Below, in pieces: positions 10,694 through 20,116 of a stretch of 64,000 nucleotides of DNA. The notes under the pieces are model-generated. The model ran no database searches, had not been told where the DNA came from, and worked only from the letters and a program-made list of their open reading frames with translations. This DNA is from a virus. Position 1 is the stretch's first letter. Each line of letters begins with the position of its first letter. The stretch is taken from positions 1-64,000 of the IMG/VR virus record IMGVR_UViG_3300021478_000019, one strand, 5' to 3'. Made by a program: the position numbers and the translations under genes.

Positions 10694-13261
10694 ATGGCAA
10701 TCCTTCTGCGAGATTCGTGCGATAGCTTCACGAACTGGGTGACGGCTGGTTCCCCCACCATCTCGTCGTCCGGTCACACCGGCAACGCCTTCTCCCTGCC
10801 CGCCTCGTCTGCCAACACCGTCTCGTACAACATTGCCTCGGGCAGCCAGACCGCCTACGCCGTCATCGGGTTCTGGATCAACGTCGCCACCTTCAACCCG
10901 TCCGCTCAGCCTCTCATCCAGTTCCGCTCTGACTCCGGGGCCACGCTTCACGATCAAATCACGCTCTATGACGCCGGCAGTGGTCAGGCCGGCGTGGGAA
11001 TGCAAAAGGGTGGGACGGTCCTCGGCGGCTCTGTTAACCCGGTGGGGTGGACGGCGGGCACCTGGGCCTATATCGAACTTGGATTCTCTCTCAGCACCAC
11101 GCTGGGGTGGATGGAACTCCGTTGCAACGGTGTCCCCTACAACCAGGGGTTCGCCCAGGTCACCAACAACGGCGGCACCAAGACCGTCTACGACCAGATC
11201 CGCATCGCCGGCATGACCGGGGCGGGGACGGTCCTCGTCGATGACATCTACATTCGCAACGATCAATCGTTCGGACTGGATGCCGCTCCTATCATTTCTT
11301 CCTCCAGCTGGACAGCAAGCCTGGCGTCCTCCGTGACTGTGCCCGCGCCTGGCGACATCACATCCGGCAACCTTCTCTTGGTTGCTTACTATCTCGGATC
11401 CTCCACTGTTCCCACCACCTGGACGCCCCCCGCTGGCTGGGCGCAGGTGGGGACCAGCACTGGCACCGACACGGGTGGCCAGCAGGCGATCTTCGCCAAG
11501 ACGGCCACAGGCAGCGAACCGTCCACCTACACCTTCGCCACCAACCTCACCAGTACCACCCAGTCGGTCGTCATCCTGCAAACCACCGGTTACAGCGTGC
11601 TTGATGGCTTGGTGGCCTTCAACCGTGTCACGTCAACCACCACTGCTGCCACCGCTCCCTCCCAGACGCCCTCACAAAATGGCGATCTGTCCTTGGTGGG
11701 GTTCGACACCTGGAACGGTCGCTACTGCTCCTTCCCGACCGGCATGGCGCTCGGGAACACCGCCAGGTACGAGGGCGGCTCCGTTGGGATCGAGATCTTC
11801 TCCCAGGTGCTGGCCTCCTCTGGCGCGACCGGCACCATATCGTCCACGCTGTCGGGCAGCAGCCAGTACACCGGCTGGTCGCTTCTTCTCACGCCCATAC
11901 CTGGCAACCCGTCGATCTCCACCCTGATCGACCGCTTCTCCGGGTCGACAATCTCTTCGCAGTGGCACAATCCTGCGGGCTCGGCCATCTCTGTATCGGG
12001 TGGCTTCCTCCAGTTCACCACCGGTACGACCTCGACCCAGTTCTTGGCCCTCCAGTCGGTGGGGCTGTATGACCTGACCAACGCGGCCATGGCGGTCCAG
12101 ATAGTCAACCCCGGCAACCAGAACCTGGCCTCCCTCCAGCTGTGGCCGATCTACCTGGATCAGAATGCCTCGGGCCAGAACATCCTGTCCTTCGTCCTCT
12201 CTGAGAACTCCATCTCTTGCTGGAAGAGAGTCTCCGGGGTCGACTCCAACCTTTCCGGTTACATCACCTATGACCCGGTGGCCATGCAGTGGTTGCGGAT
12301 CCGTGAAGCAGCGGGGGCGGTCTACTGGGAGACGGCTCCCGATGGTCAGACCTGGTCGACGATGTTCAGCGTGGCTGATCCCTTCACGCCCATCAACAAT
12401 ATGTGGGCGAACATCATCGTCGAGACCTACAACATCGAGCCGACTTCCACCGTCGTCGAGTTCGACAATGTCAACGCCACCCCCAGTCTCTCTAGCACCA
12501 GCCTCGGCAACTCAACAGCACGGGCCAACCTGTCGGTCACCACCATCCGTCAGCTGCCGGGTCAGAGCCAGGGCCACTCCGGGGTACGGGGTGCCATCTC
12601 GGTCAACATCGCTCGCCCGCTGGTGGGGCGCAGCATGTCGCACACCACCATGTGGGGCAACATGGGGGCCCTCGTCGCCTTCACCGGGGGCCAGTCGGAG
12701 GGCCACGCCCGAGTGTGGTCCCGCCTGGCCACCAGCTTGCCGGGGGTGTCGACCGGGCACGCTTCCAGCACCGGTCAGCTGCGGATCACCAACGCGCTGC
12801 CCGGTCGCAGCAAGGGAGACTCGACCGTTCGGGGCTCCCTCTCCATCAGTGTCCTCATGCATGGTCCCAGCGCAGGCCGGTCCACCGTTCGGGGCCGGCT
12901 CGGAGCCATCCGTCCGGTGGTGGGCCGGGCGACGGGCTCCTCCCAGACGCGGGCCACGCTGGTCAACGTCGCCAATATCCGCTTCGTCGGGTCAGGTCAG
13001 GGGCACGCCACGGCCAGGGCCAGGCTCCAGATCAGCCCGAACATCGTGGGTCGGGCCCGCAGTACCTCGACGAGCCGGGGTCATCTCCTGGCGGTGGCCG
13101 GGAAGCTCTTGAACCCTCGCAGTATGGGTCGCTCCCAGGTCACCGGGCAGCTGAGCATCCGGGGTGCGCCCTTCACTGGCTGGGGTACTCCCATCACGGC
13201 GAGCGCTCCCCGTGGCTTCGGTGACGGCACCTTCGGATCCGGCAAGCTCGGTGACTACTAG
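10694..13261 (+). CDS. Large tail fibre / receptor-binding protein
   Basis: S/T-rich beta-sandwich (lectin-like) domains followed by about 10 imperfect G.S.G.S..RG.L repeats. Confidence 0.7.
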   Translation: MAILLRDSCDSFTNWVTAGSPTISSSGHTGNAFSLPASSANTVSYNIASGSQTAYAVIGFWINVATFNPSAQPLIQFRSDSGATLHDQITLYDAGSGQAGVGMQKGGTVLGGSVNPVGWTAGTWAYIELGFSLSTTLGWMELRCNGVPYNQGFAQVTNNGGTKTVYDQIRIAGMTGAGTVLVDDIYIRNDQSFGLDAAPIISSSSWTASLASSVTVPAPGDITSGNLLLVAYYLGSSTVPTTWTPPAGWAQVGTSTGTDTGGQQAIFAKTATGSEPSTYTFATNLTSTTQSVVILQTTGYSVLDGLVAFNRVTSTTTAATAPSQTPSQNGDLSLVGFDTWNGRYCSFPTGMALGNTARYEGGSVGIEIFSQVLASSGATGTISSTLSGSSQYTGWSLLLTPIPGNPSISTLIDRFSGSTISSQWHNPAGSAISVSGGFLQFTTGTTSTQFLALQSVGLYDLTNAAMAVQIVNPGNQNLASLQLWPIYLDQNASGQNILSFVLSENSISCWKRVSGVDSNLSGYITYDPVAMQWLRIREAAGAVYWETAPDGQTWSTMFSVADPFTPINNMWANIIVETYNIEPTSTVVEFDNVNATPSLSSTSLGNSTARANLSVTTIRQLPGQSQGHSGVRGAISVNIARPLVGRSMSHTTMWGNMGALVAFTGGQSEGHARVWSRLATSLPGVSTGHASSTGQLRITNALPGRSKGDSTVRGSLSISVLMHGPSAGRSTVRGRLGAIRPVVGRATGSSQTRATLVNVANIRFVGSGQGHATARARLQISPNIVGRARSTSTSRGHLLAVAGKLLNPRSMGRSQVTGQLSIRGAPFTGWGTPITASAPRGFGDGTFGSGKLGDY

Positions 13262-13889
13262 CTATCCCGGCGTCTATGCGGCCAGGGTTTACTCGACCAG
13301 CGACCCCGCCCATACGGGTCGCATCCAGATGCTCATCCCGCAGATCTTCGGGGTCGCCCCGGTCAAGATCTGGGCCCCTCCGCTAAGCGCAGGAGGTGGC
13401 GTCCCCAATGTGGGTGACATGGTCTGGTGCATCTTCCAGGGCGGCGACCAGTCCTACCCCACCTACCTCCCGCCGGCTCCCTCCCCTCCCATCGGAGGTT
13501 TGGTCGGCTCGATGGTGGGGCCAGCGGTGTCCACCAACTATCCCAGTGGGCTCACCAACATCCTGTCCGGGTCCATGCAGCTGGCGCAGGGCTGCACTTA
13601 CGCGGTCACGCTCACCTGTATTCAAGCTCAGCAGGTGACGGCAGCTAGCCCTACGGCGGTGCAGATTTACGCTAGGGATTCGTCTCAGTACATCCCCAAC
13701 GCCACCGGCCTCAAGACATTCCTGGCTGCACCTCTGGCGCTGGGCGCGTACATCACAGGGTCGCAAGCCATCCCCATTTTTGCCACAGCCACCGTTACCG
13801 ACACCTTCACGGTCACGGTCGAAACTGGAGCCAACTCTTTGAACATATCGCCCAGCGCTGTCTCTCTGATGGTGGTCAGGACTAGCTAG
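13251..13889 (+). CDS. Second gp5-N (OB-fold) protein with a different C-terminal domain
   Basis: YPGVYAARV....DP...GRI...IPQ...WA...PNVGD.VW..FQGGD.SYP; GTG start overlapping the fibre gene. Confidence 0.8.
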   Translation: MTTSYPGVYAARVYSTSDPAHTGRIQMLIPQIFGVAPVKIWAPPLSAGGGVPNVGDMVWCIFQGGDQSYPTYLPPAPSPPIGGLVGSMVGPAVSTNYPSGLTNILSGSMQLAQGCTYAVTLTCIQAQQVTAASPTAVQIYARDSSQYIPNATGLKTFLAAPLALGAYITGSQAIPIFATATVTDTFTVTVETGANSLNISPSAVSLMVVRTS

Positions 13890-13898
13890 GCTGGCGAC

Positions 13899-14234
13899 GT
13901 GATCGACGGCCCTCGTCCCGTTCGTCTCCAGAACAGCGGCGACATTTACACCGAGTTGGGCCCGAACTACTCCAACCAGGAGCGGCTGGTCACCCAGGCT
14001 CTCCAGGTGGCCACCATCCCCGCCGCGGAGATCCTGGCCACGGTTCGGCCTCCCATTTTCGTGCAGATGTTCCCGCCCCGCTTCGGCTACGAGTCCTACC
14101 AGGAGCGCCAGGTCGGCATCACCACCGTCCTTGACGTCGACCGGGCCTACCGTAACCGGCGAGCGGATCTCTCCGGTGGGGTCGCCAGCTGGCAGGGGGC
14201 GGCGCGTAATGTGGGCACGTACGACGTCTTTTAA
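13899..14234 (+). CDS. Hypothetical protein, probably leaderless
   Basis: TAGGCT-N6-GTG start; phage-like codon usage. Confidence 0.65.
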   Translation: MIDGPRPVRLQNSGDIYTELGPNYSNQERLVTQALQVATIPAAEILATVRPPIFVQMFPPRFGYESYQERQVGITTVLDVDRAYRNRRADLSGGVASWQGAARNVGTYDVF

Positions 14235-14245
14235 AGGAGTAGACC

Positions 14246-14548
14246 ATGTCTATCCATGACGACCCCATTGCTGGCATCACCGGGGGCGTGGTTGGCCTGG
14301 GCGTGGCCACCAGCCTGCTGGGCAAGGTCCCCGTGGTGGGCCCGGAAATCGCCAAGGGACTCAACATGTTCAAGGGCGCTCGGGACTACAACGACAGCAG
14401 CTATGGCCGCACCGTGGGCTCTGAGCAGGGCAACCCGCTGCGAGAGAGTTCCATCGACGTCGGTAGTACTGACGTGGCTGGTGGCGCAGCTGCTGGAGGC
14501 GAGGCAGCTGGCGGGCTGGCTGATCTGGCTGCTGTCGCAGCCCTGTAA
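14246..14548 (+). CDS. Hypothetical Gly/Ala-rich protein
   Basis: AAGGAG ribosome-binding site; hydrophobic N-terminal segment. Confidence 0.65.
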   Translation: MSIHDDPIAGITGGVVGLGVATSLLGKVPVVGPEIAKGLNMFKGARDYNDSSYGRTVGSEQGNPLRESSIDVGSTDVAGGAAAGGEAAGGLADLAAVAAL

Positions 14549-14557
14549 GGAGGAGCG

Positions 14558-14773
14558 ATGACCGCAGTACGTGACCGCAGCATGGAGGGCGAGCTATTGG
14601 AGGGCACCGTGGACGGTGCCTACAAGCGCATCGTCATCGACCGGTCCAACTACCCCGACCCTGACCGCCGGCTCCAGGTGGCTGACCGCATGAACCTGAA
14701 CAATGGCCCTGGCGGCTATGGGATCTGCGAGGCCCCGGAGAAGAGGACCCCGGACGGCAGGTTCTGTCGCTAG
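14558..14773 (+). CDS. Hypothetical protein
   Basis: AGGAGG ribosome-binding site; operon position. Confidence 0.65.
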   Translation: MTAVRDRSMEGELLEGTVDGAYKRIVIDRSNYPDPDRRLQVADRMNLNNGPGGYGICEAPEKRTPDGRFCR

Positions 14774-15339
14774 TGCCACGCCTCTTGGTCTGCCGGGAAT
14801 GTCGGACCATCGAGACCTTCCCGCTCTTCGACGGTCCCAAGGAGCTAGAGGCTCGGGATCCCATGCTCAATGACCTGGTGCAGAGGCACATCCAGAAGCA
14901 CGGGGACGCCAAGCCCGACTCAGCTGCTCTGCTCGTCGCGCCCGAGGGCCCCTGCCACTGCGGCGAGAAGACCAAGGTGAGCGTGACTGGAAGGGCGATC
15001 GGGCACTCCACGATTCGGGGCCCCCACACCTTCTGGGAGGGCCATAAGGACGACGTCTTGAAGGGCTTGCAGGAGCGCTGGACCGGGTTCCACCCGGAGT
15101 ACTACGCCACGGTTGATACCTACAAGGAGGACGCGGCCCGCTGCTACAACCTGCACCGCCGGCCTAAGGGCACCGACTGCATCGACTGGCGGGCTGACCG
15201 TAAGCGGCTGACCGATGACAATCGGGAGAAGGACAAGCACGTCTACCTGTGCGACTTCTGCCCGGTGGCTTCGACGGTGACGACAGCCATCCGCAGGAAG
15301 GCTCGCATGTACGACCGGGAGCCGGGCGAAGTTGACTGA
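14773..15339 (+). CDS. Cys-rich hypothetical protein
   Basis: CREC and LCDFCPV motifs; coupled start. Confidence 0.7.
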   Translation: MPRLLVCRECRTIETFPLFDGPKELEARDPMLNDLVQRHIQKHGDAKPDSAALLVAPEGPCHCGEKTKVSVTGRAIGHSTIRGPHTFWEGHKDDVLKGLQERWTGFHPEYYATVDTYKEDAARCYNLHRRPKGTDCIDWRADRKRLTDDNREKDKHVYLCDFCPVASTVTTAIRRKARMYDREPGEVD

Positions 15340-15625
15340 GTTGAACGGGCCCCGTCCTCCCATGGAGGTTGAGGCCATCTTCATCGTGGCGGTCCTGACT
15401 GACGGCGGCAGCCAGGTCATCCTCGATCCCAGCGAGCAGTTCACGGCCATGCGCCAGGCCACGGCCAAGGATGTCTACCCGGCCTGCGCCAACGTGCTGG
15501 CCGACTGGCAGGCCATGAAGAATGCCGAGGCGGTGATCTCTTTCCAGACTCAGCTGGCTCGCCAGGCTGCGGACCAGGCCATGGCCGAGAAGCTGCGTCG
15601 GGAAATGGAGGAGCGCAAAAAATAA
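15332..15625 (+). CDS. Hypothetical protein
   Basis: Overlapping operon gene. Confidence 0.6.
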   Translation: MTELNGPRPPMEVEAIFIVAVLTDGGSQVILDPSEQFTAMRQATAKDVYPACANVLADWQAMKNAEAVISFQTQLARQAADQAMAEKLRREMEERKK

Positions 15626-15661
15626 ACCGAGAGACTCGAGCCTGGATTAGCTCAGAGCCCT

Positions 15662-15892
15662 CTATATGCCCTCCAGATCCCCGAACAGGTTGGCTTGCAC
15701 CGTCCAGCCCTCGACCTGTTCGTACGCCTCCTGAAGGTCCACCAGGCCCGCCTCGCCGTCATGGTTGTGGTCGCAGTGCCACACCCCCCAGCGATCCTTG
15801 AAGCAAGGCGGGCCATCGGCGTCAGCCACCCGGATCATCCGGCCCGAGGGTCGTAGCTCCTGGGAGGTGATGATGCCGCGCTGGACAGCCAC
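15662..15892 (-). CDS. Hypothetical protein
   Basis: Coupled to the stop of the upstream IPT gene. Confidence 0.5.
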   Translation of the reverse strand: MAVQRGIITSQELRPSGRMIRVADADGPPCFKDRWGVWHCDHNHDGEAGLVDLQEAYEQVEGWTVQANLFGDLEGI

Positions 15893-16716
15893 TACTGGTA
15901 AGTGAAGGCGTTGGTCAGCGTTCCGTTACCAGCCGGGTCTTGCACCACCACGCTGACGGCACCGGTGGCGTGGGCCGGCGTGGTGCAGGTGATGATGGCG
16001 TCGGAGACCACCACGAAGTTCGTCGCTGCCGTGCCGCCCACCGTGACCCCGGTGGCGCCCGTGAACCCGAACCCGTTGATGGTCAGGCTGGTGCCGCCCG
16101 CAGCCAGGCCCACGATGGGGCTGAGGTTGAACGGTGCCGAGGCCGAGGCGGTATAGGTGAAGGCGTTGGCCCTGTAGCCCGTGCCCAGCGAGCTACTCAC
16201 GGTCACTCCGACCGGTCCTGCCCAGACCCCAGGCGGGGTGGTGCAGGTGATCGAGGTGGCGCTGACCACGGTCACGCCCGTGGCTGCCCGGCCCTGGAAG
16301 GTCACCGTGGTGGGCACCGTGACCGGGAAGTTGAACCCGGTGCCAGTGATGGTGACGGCGGTGCCGCCGTTGACGGTGCCGCTGTTGGCTGCCACCGAGG
16401 TCACTGTGACCGTCGCCGCCGGGAGCAGGGTGTTGACCGCGGTCAGCTGCGCCGTCAGCGTGGTCTGCTCTGCGGTCAGCTGGGCGATGATCACTGCGCC
16501 TGAAGCAGTGGCGCAGCTGGCCCGGCTGGTGGCACCGCTGTCCGGGGCATCGGGGAAGGCGGTGGGGTTCAGGGGATGGCCATCGGTGGGCTGGTTGGCC
16601 GGCGAGGTGACGGAGTGGGTCCAGCTGGTCTTGCCGGTCAGGGAGAGGGGGACGGCGAGCTTGGCGTTGACGTGAACCGGTAGCTCCAGCATGTTGTAGG
16701 TGGTCTCGTTGCTCAT
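15892..16716 (-). CDS. PLELP-family protein with two IPT/TIG Ig-like domains
   Basis: Starts MSNETTYNMLELP (ATGA overlap); two copies of G...GGT..TI.G.GF...VVS...ITCTTP...FTY. Confidence 0.85.
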   Translation of the reverse strand: MSNETTYNMLELPVHVNAKLAVPLSLTGKTSWTHSVTSPANQPTDGHPLNPTAFPDAPDSGATSRASCATASGAVIIAQLTAEQTTLTAQLTAVNTLLPAATVTVTSVAANSGTVNGGTAVTITGTGFNFPVTVPTTVTFQGRAATGVTVVSATSITCTTPPGVWAGPVGVTVSSSLGTGYRANAFTYTASASAPFNLSPIVGLAAGGTSLTINGFGFTGATGVTVGGTAATNFVVVSDAIITCTTPAHATGAVSVVVQDPAGNGTLTNAFTYQ

Positions 16717-17027
16717 GGCGTGGCCGTGATGATGGCGATGTCCCGGTTGACCGCGTCCTGGCGAGCCTGGATGCGGGCCTGCTCGACGGCCAGGGCAGCT
16801 TGAGCGGTGGTGGTGCGGCTGCCGGCGCCGGTGGTGGCAATGTCGGTGAAAGAGGACATCCCGCCGGCACCGTTGGCGCTTGCTGCCATGGGTGAGTGGG
16901 ACCACTCCCTGGGCGTGCCTATATCCGCGGCGGCGCTGACGATCACCGACTGGTTGAACAGGGCGGCGGCGATCTGGTTGGCCGGTAGCTCCAGCACATT
17001 GATGACGTAGTTGGTGGCGGTAGCCAT
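16713..17027 (-). CDS. PLELP-family protein without Ig domain
   Basis: VINVLELPAN; AAGGAG ribosome-binding site. Confidence 0.75.
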   Translation of the reverse strand: MATATNYVINVLELPANQIAAALFNQSVIVSAAADIGTPREWSHSPMAASANGAGGMSSFTDIATTGAGSRTTTAQAALAVEQARIQARQDAVNRDIAIITATP

Positions 17028-17038
17028 GGGCGCGCTCC

Positions 17039-17542
17039 TTAGACGACAGTGAAGGTGGGGCCGGTGATGTTCACGCCGTCCACCGTGACGATGATGGGAT
17101 AATCACCCGGCTTGACAAGCTGACCGCCGCTGCCAGCCGGGGTATTTGCAGTCACCTGGGTATCGCTGACCACGGTGAGCGAGGTGCAGCTTCTGGTATC
17201 GATAGTGGCCCTGGTGGTGCCGGTCAGGTAAGTTCCGGTGAGGGTGATGGCGGTGCCCTTGCCACCACTGGTGGGGTTTATGGCTGTCACCGCGGGTTCG
17301 ACATCTGGGTCGGGGCCCGGAGGGCTGTTCCCACTCAGGCGGGGGTCGTCTACCTCCACGCCCACTGCGGCCAGCGCATCCACGTTGGCTTGGATGGCCG
17401 CAGTGGCCTGGTCCTGGCGCTCCTGGGACATAGGTACATCGGCGCTGACGATCTCCGGGTTGGCGTAGGCCAGGGCTGCGTTGGTATTGAGGGCTAGCTC
17501 CAGGGGATGAAGTTGCTGCTTGTGGGTGTCGACGTCGGTCAT
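17039..17542 (-). CDS. PLELP-family protein with one IPT/TIG domain
   Basis: HPLEL; PAVTAINPTSG..GT.ITLTGT.L...VVSDT..TA.TP. Confidence 0.85.
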   Translation of the reverse strand: MTDVDTHKQQLHPLELALNTNAALAYANPEIVSADVPMSQERQDQATAAIQANVDALAAVGVEVDDPRLSGNSPPGPDPDVEPAVTAINPTSGGKGTAITLTGTYLTGTTRATIDTRSCTSLTVVSDTQVTANTPAGSGGQLVKPGDYPIIVTVDGVNITGPTFTVV

Positions 17543-17895
17543 TCCCTGTCCCTGGCAGCAGCCTTCTGCGGCGCTGGCGCCGGCTCTTCCTCCTCGGTGG
17601 CGGTGGCTGGATGGTCGGGTACCGCCTCGACAGTGGCGGCGATCTTGTCTTGCTCGGACTGGATGGCAGCCTCGGCCTGCGCGGCCCGCTCCTCGGAGAT
17701 GGGGGCGTCAGCACTCACGTTGCCGGGGGGATAAGCAGCTGCCGCCACCGGGTTGGCCGGTAGCTCCAGCGGATTTATCACCTGCTTGTAAGGGTCCACG
17801 TAGGGCTCGGGCACGGGCTGTTCCTCGTCAGCCTGCGTGCGCTCGGACACTGCTACGTCCTCAGCAGCTTCCTCTTCATCTTTTTTGGCGGGCAT
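17539..17895 (-). CDS. Acidic PLELP-family protein
   Basis: KQVINPLELPANP; GAGGAG before MPAKK. Confidence 0.75.
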   Translation of the reverse strand: MPAKKDEEEAAEDVAVSERTQADEEQPVPEPYVDPYKQVINPLELPANPVAAAAYPPGNVSADAPISEERAAQAEAAIQSEQDKIAATVEAVPDHPATATEEEEPAPAPQKAAARDRE

Positions 17896-17906
17896 GGTGT
17901 CTCCTC

Positions 17907-18374
17907 TCAGGTGACGGTGTAGGTCGGGCCAGTGCAGTTGGTGGTGCCCACTACGGCGGTCAGGGTGTGAGGGCCCTTGCCAGGGGTGGTAGGAGTCACT
18001 GCCGTGACGGTCGTCGCGTTGGTCACATTCACAGAGGTGCAACTGGTGCCACCCAGAGCGACCGCGGTGGTACCGGTCAGGCCGGTGCCGGTCAGGGTGA
18101 TGGCCACGGCAGCGCCCTTGGCGCCGCTGGTCGGGGACACACTCGCCAACGTGGCTGCCCCCGTCCCAGCCAGGCGGGGATCGGGGCCCGCCGCCGCCAG
18201 GCCGGTGTTCAAGTCGTCCCAGCGCTGACCAATGGCGAGGCTGGCCTGGGTTACCTGCTGCGCCGTCATCGGTATGGTGGAGTCGACAGCGGTCGGGTCA
18301 GGAAAAGACTGCGCCGCCAGCGTGTGAGCCGGCAGCTGCAGCGGGTGGTATTTCGGTTTCCAGGGGTCTGGCAT
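17907..18374 (-). CDS. PLELP-family protein with one IPT/TIG domain
   Basis: HPLQLPAH; SVSPTSG...ITLTGTGL...TAVTP. Confidence 0.85.
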   Translation of the reverse strand: MPDPWKPKYHPLQLPAHTLAAQSFPDPTAVDSTIPMTAQQVTQASLAIGQRWDDLNTGLAAAGPDPRLAGTGAATLASVSPTSGAKGAAVAITLTGTGLTGTTAVALGGTSCTSVNVTNATTVTAVTPTTPGKGPHTLTAVVGTTNCTGPTYTVT

Positions 18375-18387
18375 GCCCTAAGTCTTA
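18375..18387 (-). promoter_or_regulatory. Putative leaderless promoter, TAAGACT-N6-ATG
   Basis: Same heptamer and spacing at 30079-30091; no ribosome-binding site. Confidence 0.5.
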
Positions 18388-18460
18388 CCCACCGGGCTGG
18401 GCTGGGCCCGACCACCCGGTGGTCAAGGAGGGGCCAGAGGCTGGCTCTAGCCTGGTGAAT

Positions 18461-18982
18461 GTGCTAAGCCCACGCCAGTTCGGAGATCTTGCGACCGAGG
18501 CCGGCAAGACCTTCTCCGGGGCGACTGTCGATGTTGGCACCGGCCAGCGCAAGACATCGGGGTGGGCCGTGGCCCTGAAGGGCGCTGAACACGTCGAGCC
18601 GAAGGCGACGTTCGGTCCTGAGTCCATCCAGCGGTATGTCGGGCGGCATTCTGAGGCTCTGAGCCAGCCGGCTCATCACCTGGGACTGTGGCATGAGGAG
18701 AAGAGCGACCCGATATACCACGATGTCTCAGTGCTGCACCCCAATACCTACGCTGGGGGGGTGCGGGCCATCGCAGGCGGCTACCACCACGAACAGCAGG
18801 CTATCTACAACCTCGACCGCGGTGAGACTGTCACCATGCTGCCCGTCACCCGCAGACAGGACCGGGAAACTCGGCGGTCGATACGAGGACTGAGGAAGCA
18901 ACGGCCTGAGCCGGAAGGCAAGGTCTCGGACATGCCTACGAGCCAGCTGGGCGCGGCTCTTCGGAATCGTCGCTCTGTCTAG
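18461..18982 (+). CDS. LSPRQF-tagged protein, possible SAM-lyase-like fold
   Basis: TAGCCT-N7-GTG start gives MLSPRQF; pattern GLW...Y.DVS...A...G...EQQAIY. Confidence 0.6.
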   Translation: MLSPRQFGDLATEAGKTFSGATVDVGTGQRKTSGWAVALKGAEHVEPKATFGPESIQRYVGRHSEALSQPAHHLGLWHEEKSDPIYHDVSVLHPNTYAGGVRAIAGGYHHEQQAIYNLDRGETVTMLPVTRRQDRETRRSIRGLRKQRPEPEGKVSDMPTSQLGAALRNRRSV

Positions 18983-19815
18983 CTCGCATCCGGGCTCCGA
19001 TCTCCTGAGCGTAGAGATCGAGGTCGTTGTCCGCGGTGCGTGGCTCGGCCCGCCGCTCCTCCCACAGGGCGTGAGCCTTATCGCCTAGCTCCTTGAAACG
19101 CTGTTGATCCAGCTGCCTGCTTTTTATGGCTCTACGATCGTAGAGCCACCAGTATTCTCGCTGCTCGTCTGGGGGGAGGCAGCCGATGATGTTGAGGAAC
19201 GATCCGTAGGCGGGGTAGTGGTAAACCCCGTTCTCGTCTGGCCTGTTGCTCATTTTTTCACCTCTGGTTCCACCTGGGTGCCGGTCACGGTGACGGTGCC
19301 CATGGTTGGGTGCGGGGTATACACGTACTCGGTGCCCAGGTGGGCGATGCCCTCGATGCGGGCCTGGCTGTCCTTGGGGCGTTTGCCGAAGTGGGCGTCG
19401 AGCATCTCCCCCCGGACCCCGGAGTGGTCCGAGTAGGAGAGGAAGTCCTGCGTCACCCCGTCTGAGAACAGCACCCGGTATCTCTGGATGGGGAAGGGCA
19501 GGCCGACGCACTCCTGGGCCGGCTGGGCCCGTACCGGGGCCGGGGTGACCTTGGCACGGGCCAGGCGGCGTCCGGTGGGCGGGCCATCGGTCGTCACCAC
19601 CCGGTCTCGTCCATCTCCTCGCCGGTGAGGGGGATGGCCTCTCGGAGGACGTTGCCCTCCGAGTCCACCACCGGGCCCATGAACGTCCAGCCCCCGGCGT
19701 TGACTTCCTCCAGGGTCACGCCGGGCAGCAGATGCATGACACCGTCGTAGATCCACCCCTGTCCCCTGATGCGACCGGCCTGCTCGGTGATGTTGTAGTC
19801 CCGTTCGTCACTCAT
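18936..19815 (-). CDS. Three coupled small hypothetical ORFs (19815-19594, ~19597-19250, ~19253-18936)
   Basis: ATGA/GTGA overlaps; codon usage. Confidence 0.5.
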
Positions 19816-20116
19816 CCCAGATCATCTTCCTGATGGTGGTGGTGATGCCTCGCCGGTCCAGCACCTGGTGCAGATGCTGGTGGCTCTCAAAGCCGGTGGC
19901 CCTGGCAGCCTGCAGGATGCTGACCCCCTCAAGGACCAGTTCGCAGGCGACCTGGTCCCGTAGCTCAGTGTCGGGGGTCTTGGACATGGGTACCACCGCG
20001 CACGCCTGGGAGCAGAACAGCGTGGGCGGCTTGCTGTACCGCCCGTAGGCCACCAGGCCCCCGCAGCAGCGGCATCGGATCTCGTTGAGGTCACTAGGCG
20101 GCGGCACCGGCGACAT
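19808..20116 (-). CDS. Zn finger plus HTH DNA-binding protein
   Basis: CRCCG...FCSQAC, then GVSILQAARATG...L..VL.RRGI. Confidence 0.65.
   Translation of the reverse strand: MSPVPPPSDLNEIRCRCCGGLVAYGRYSKPPTLFCSQACAVVPMSKTPDTELRDQVACELVLEGVSILQAARATGFESHQHLHQVLDRRGITTTIRKMIWDE

Noticed and set aside
9160-13224. Long alternative-frame ORFs (for example 9160-10305, 10397-11581, 12165-13112)
   Set aside because: Arg/Pro/Gly-rich shadow frames of GC-rich genes, with no RBS or recognisable motifs
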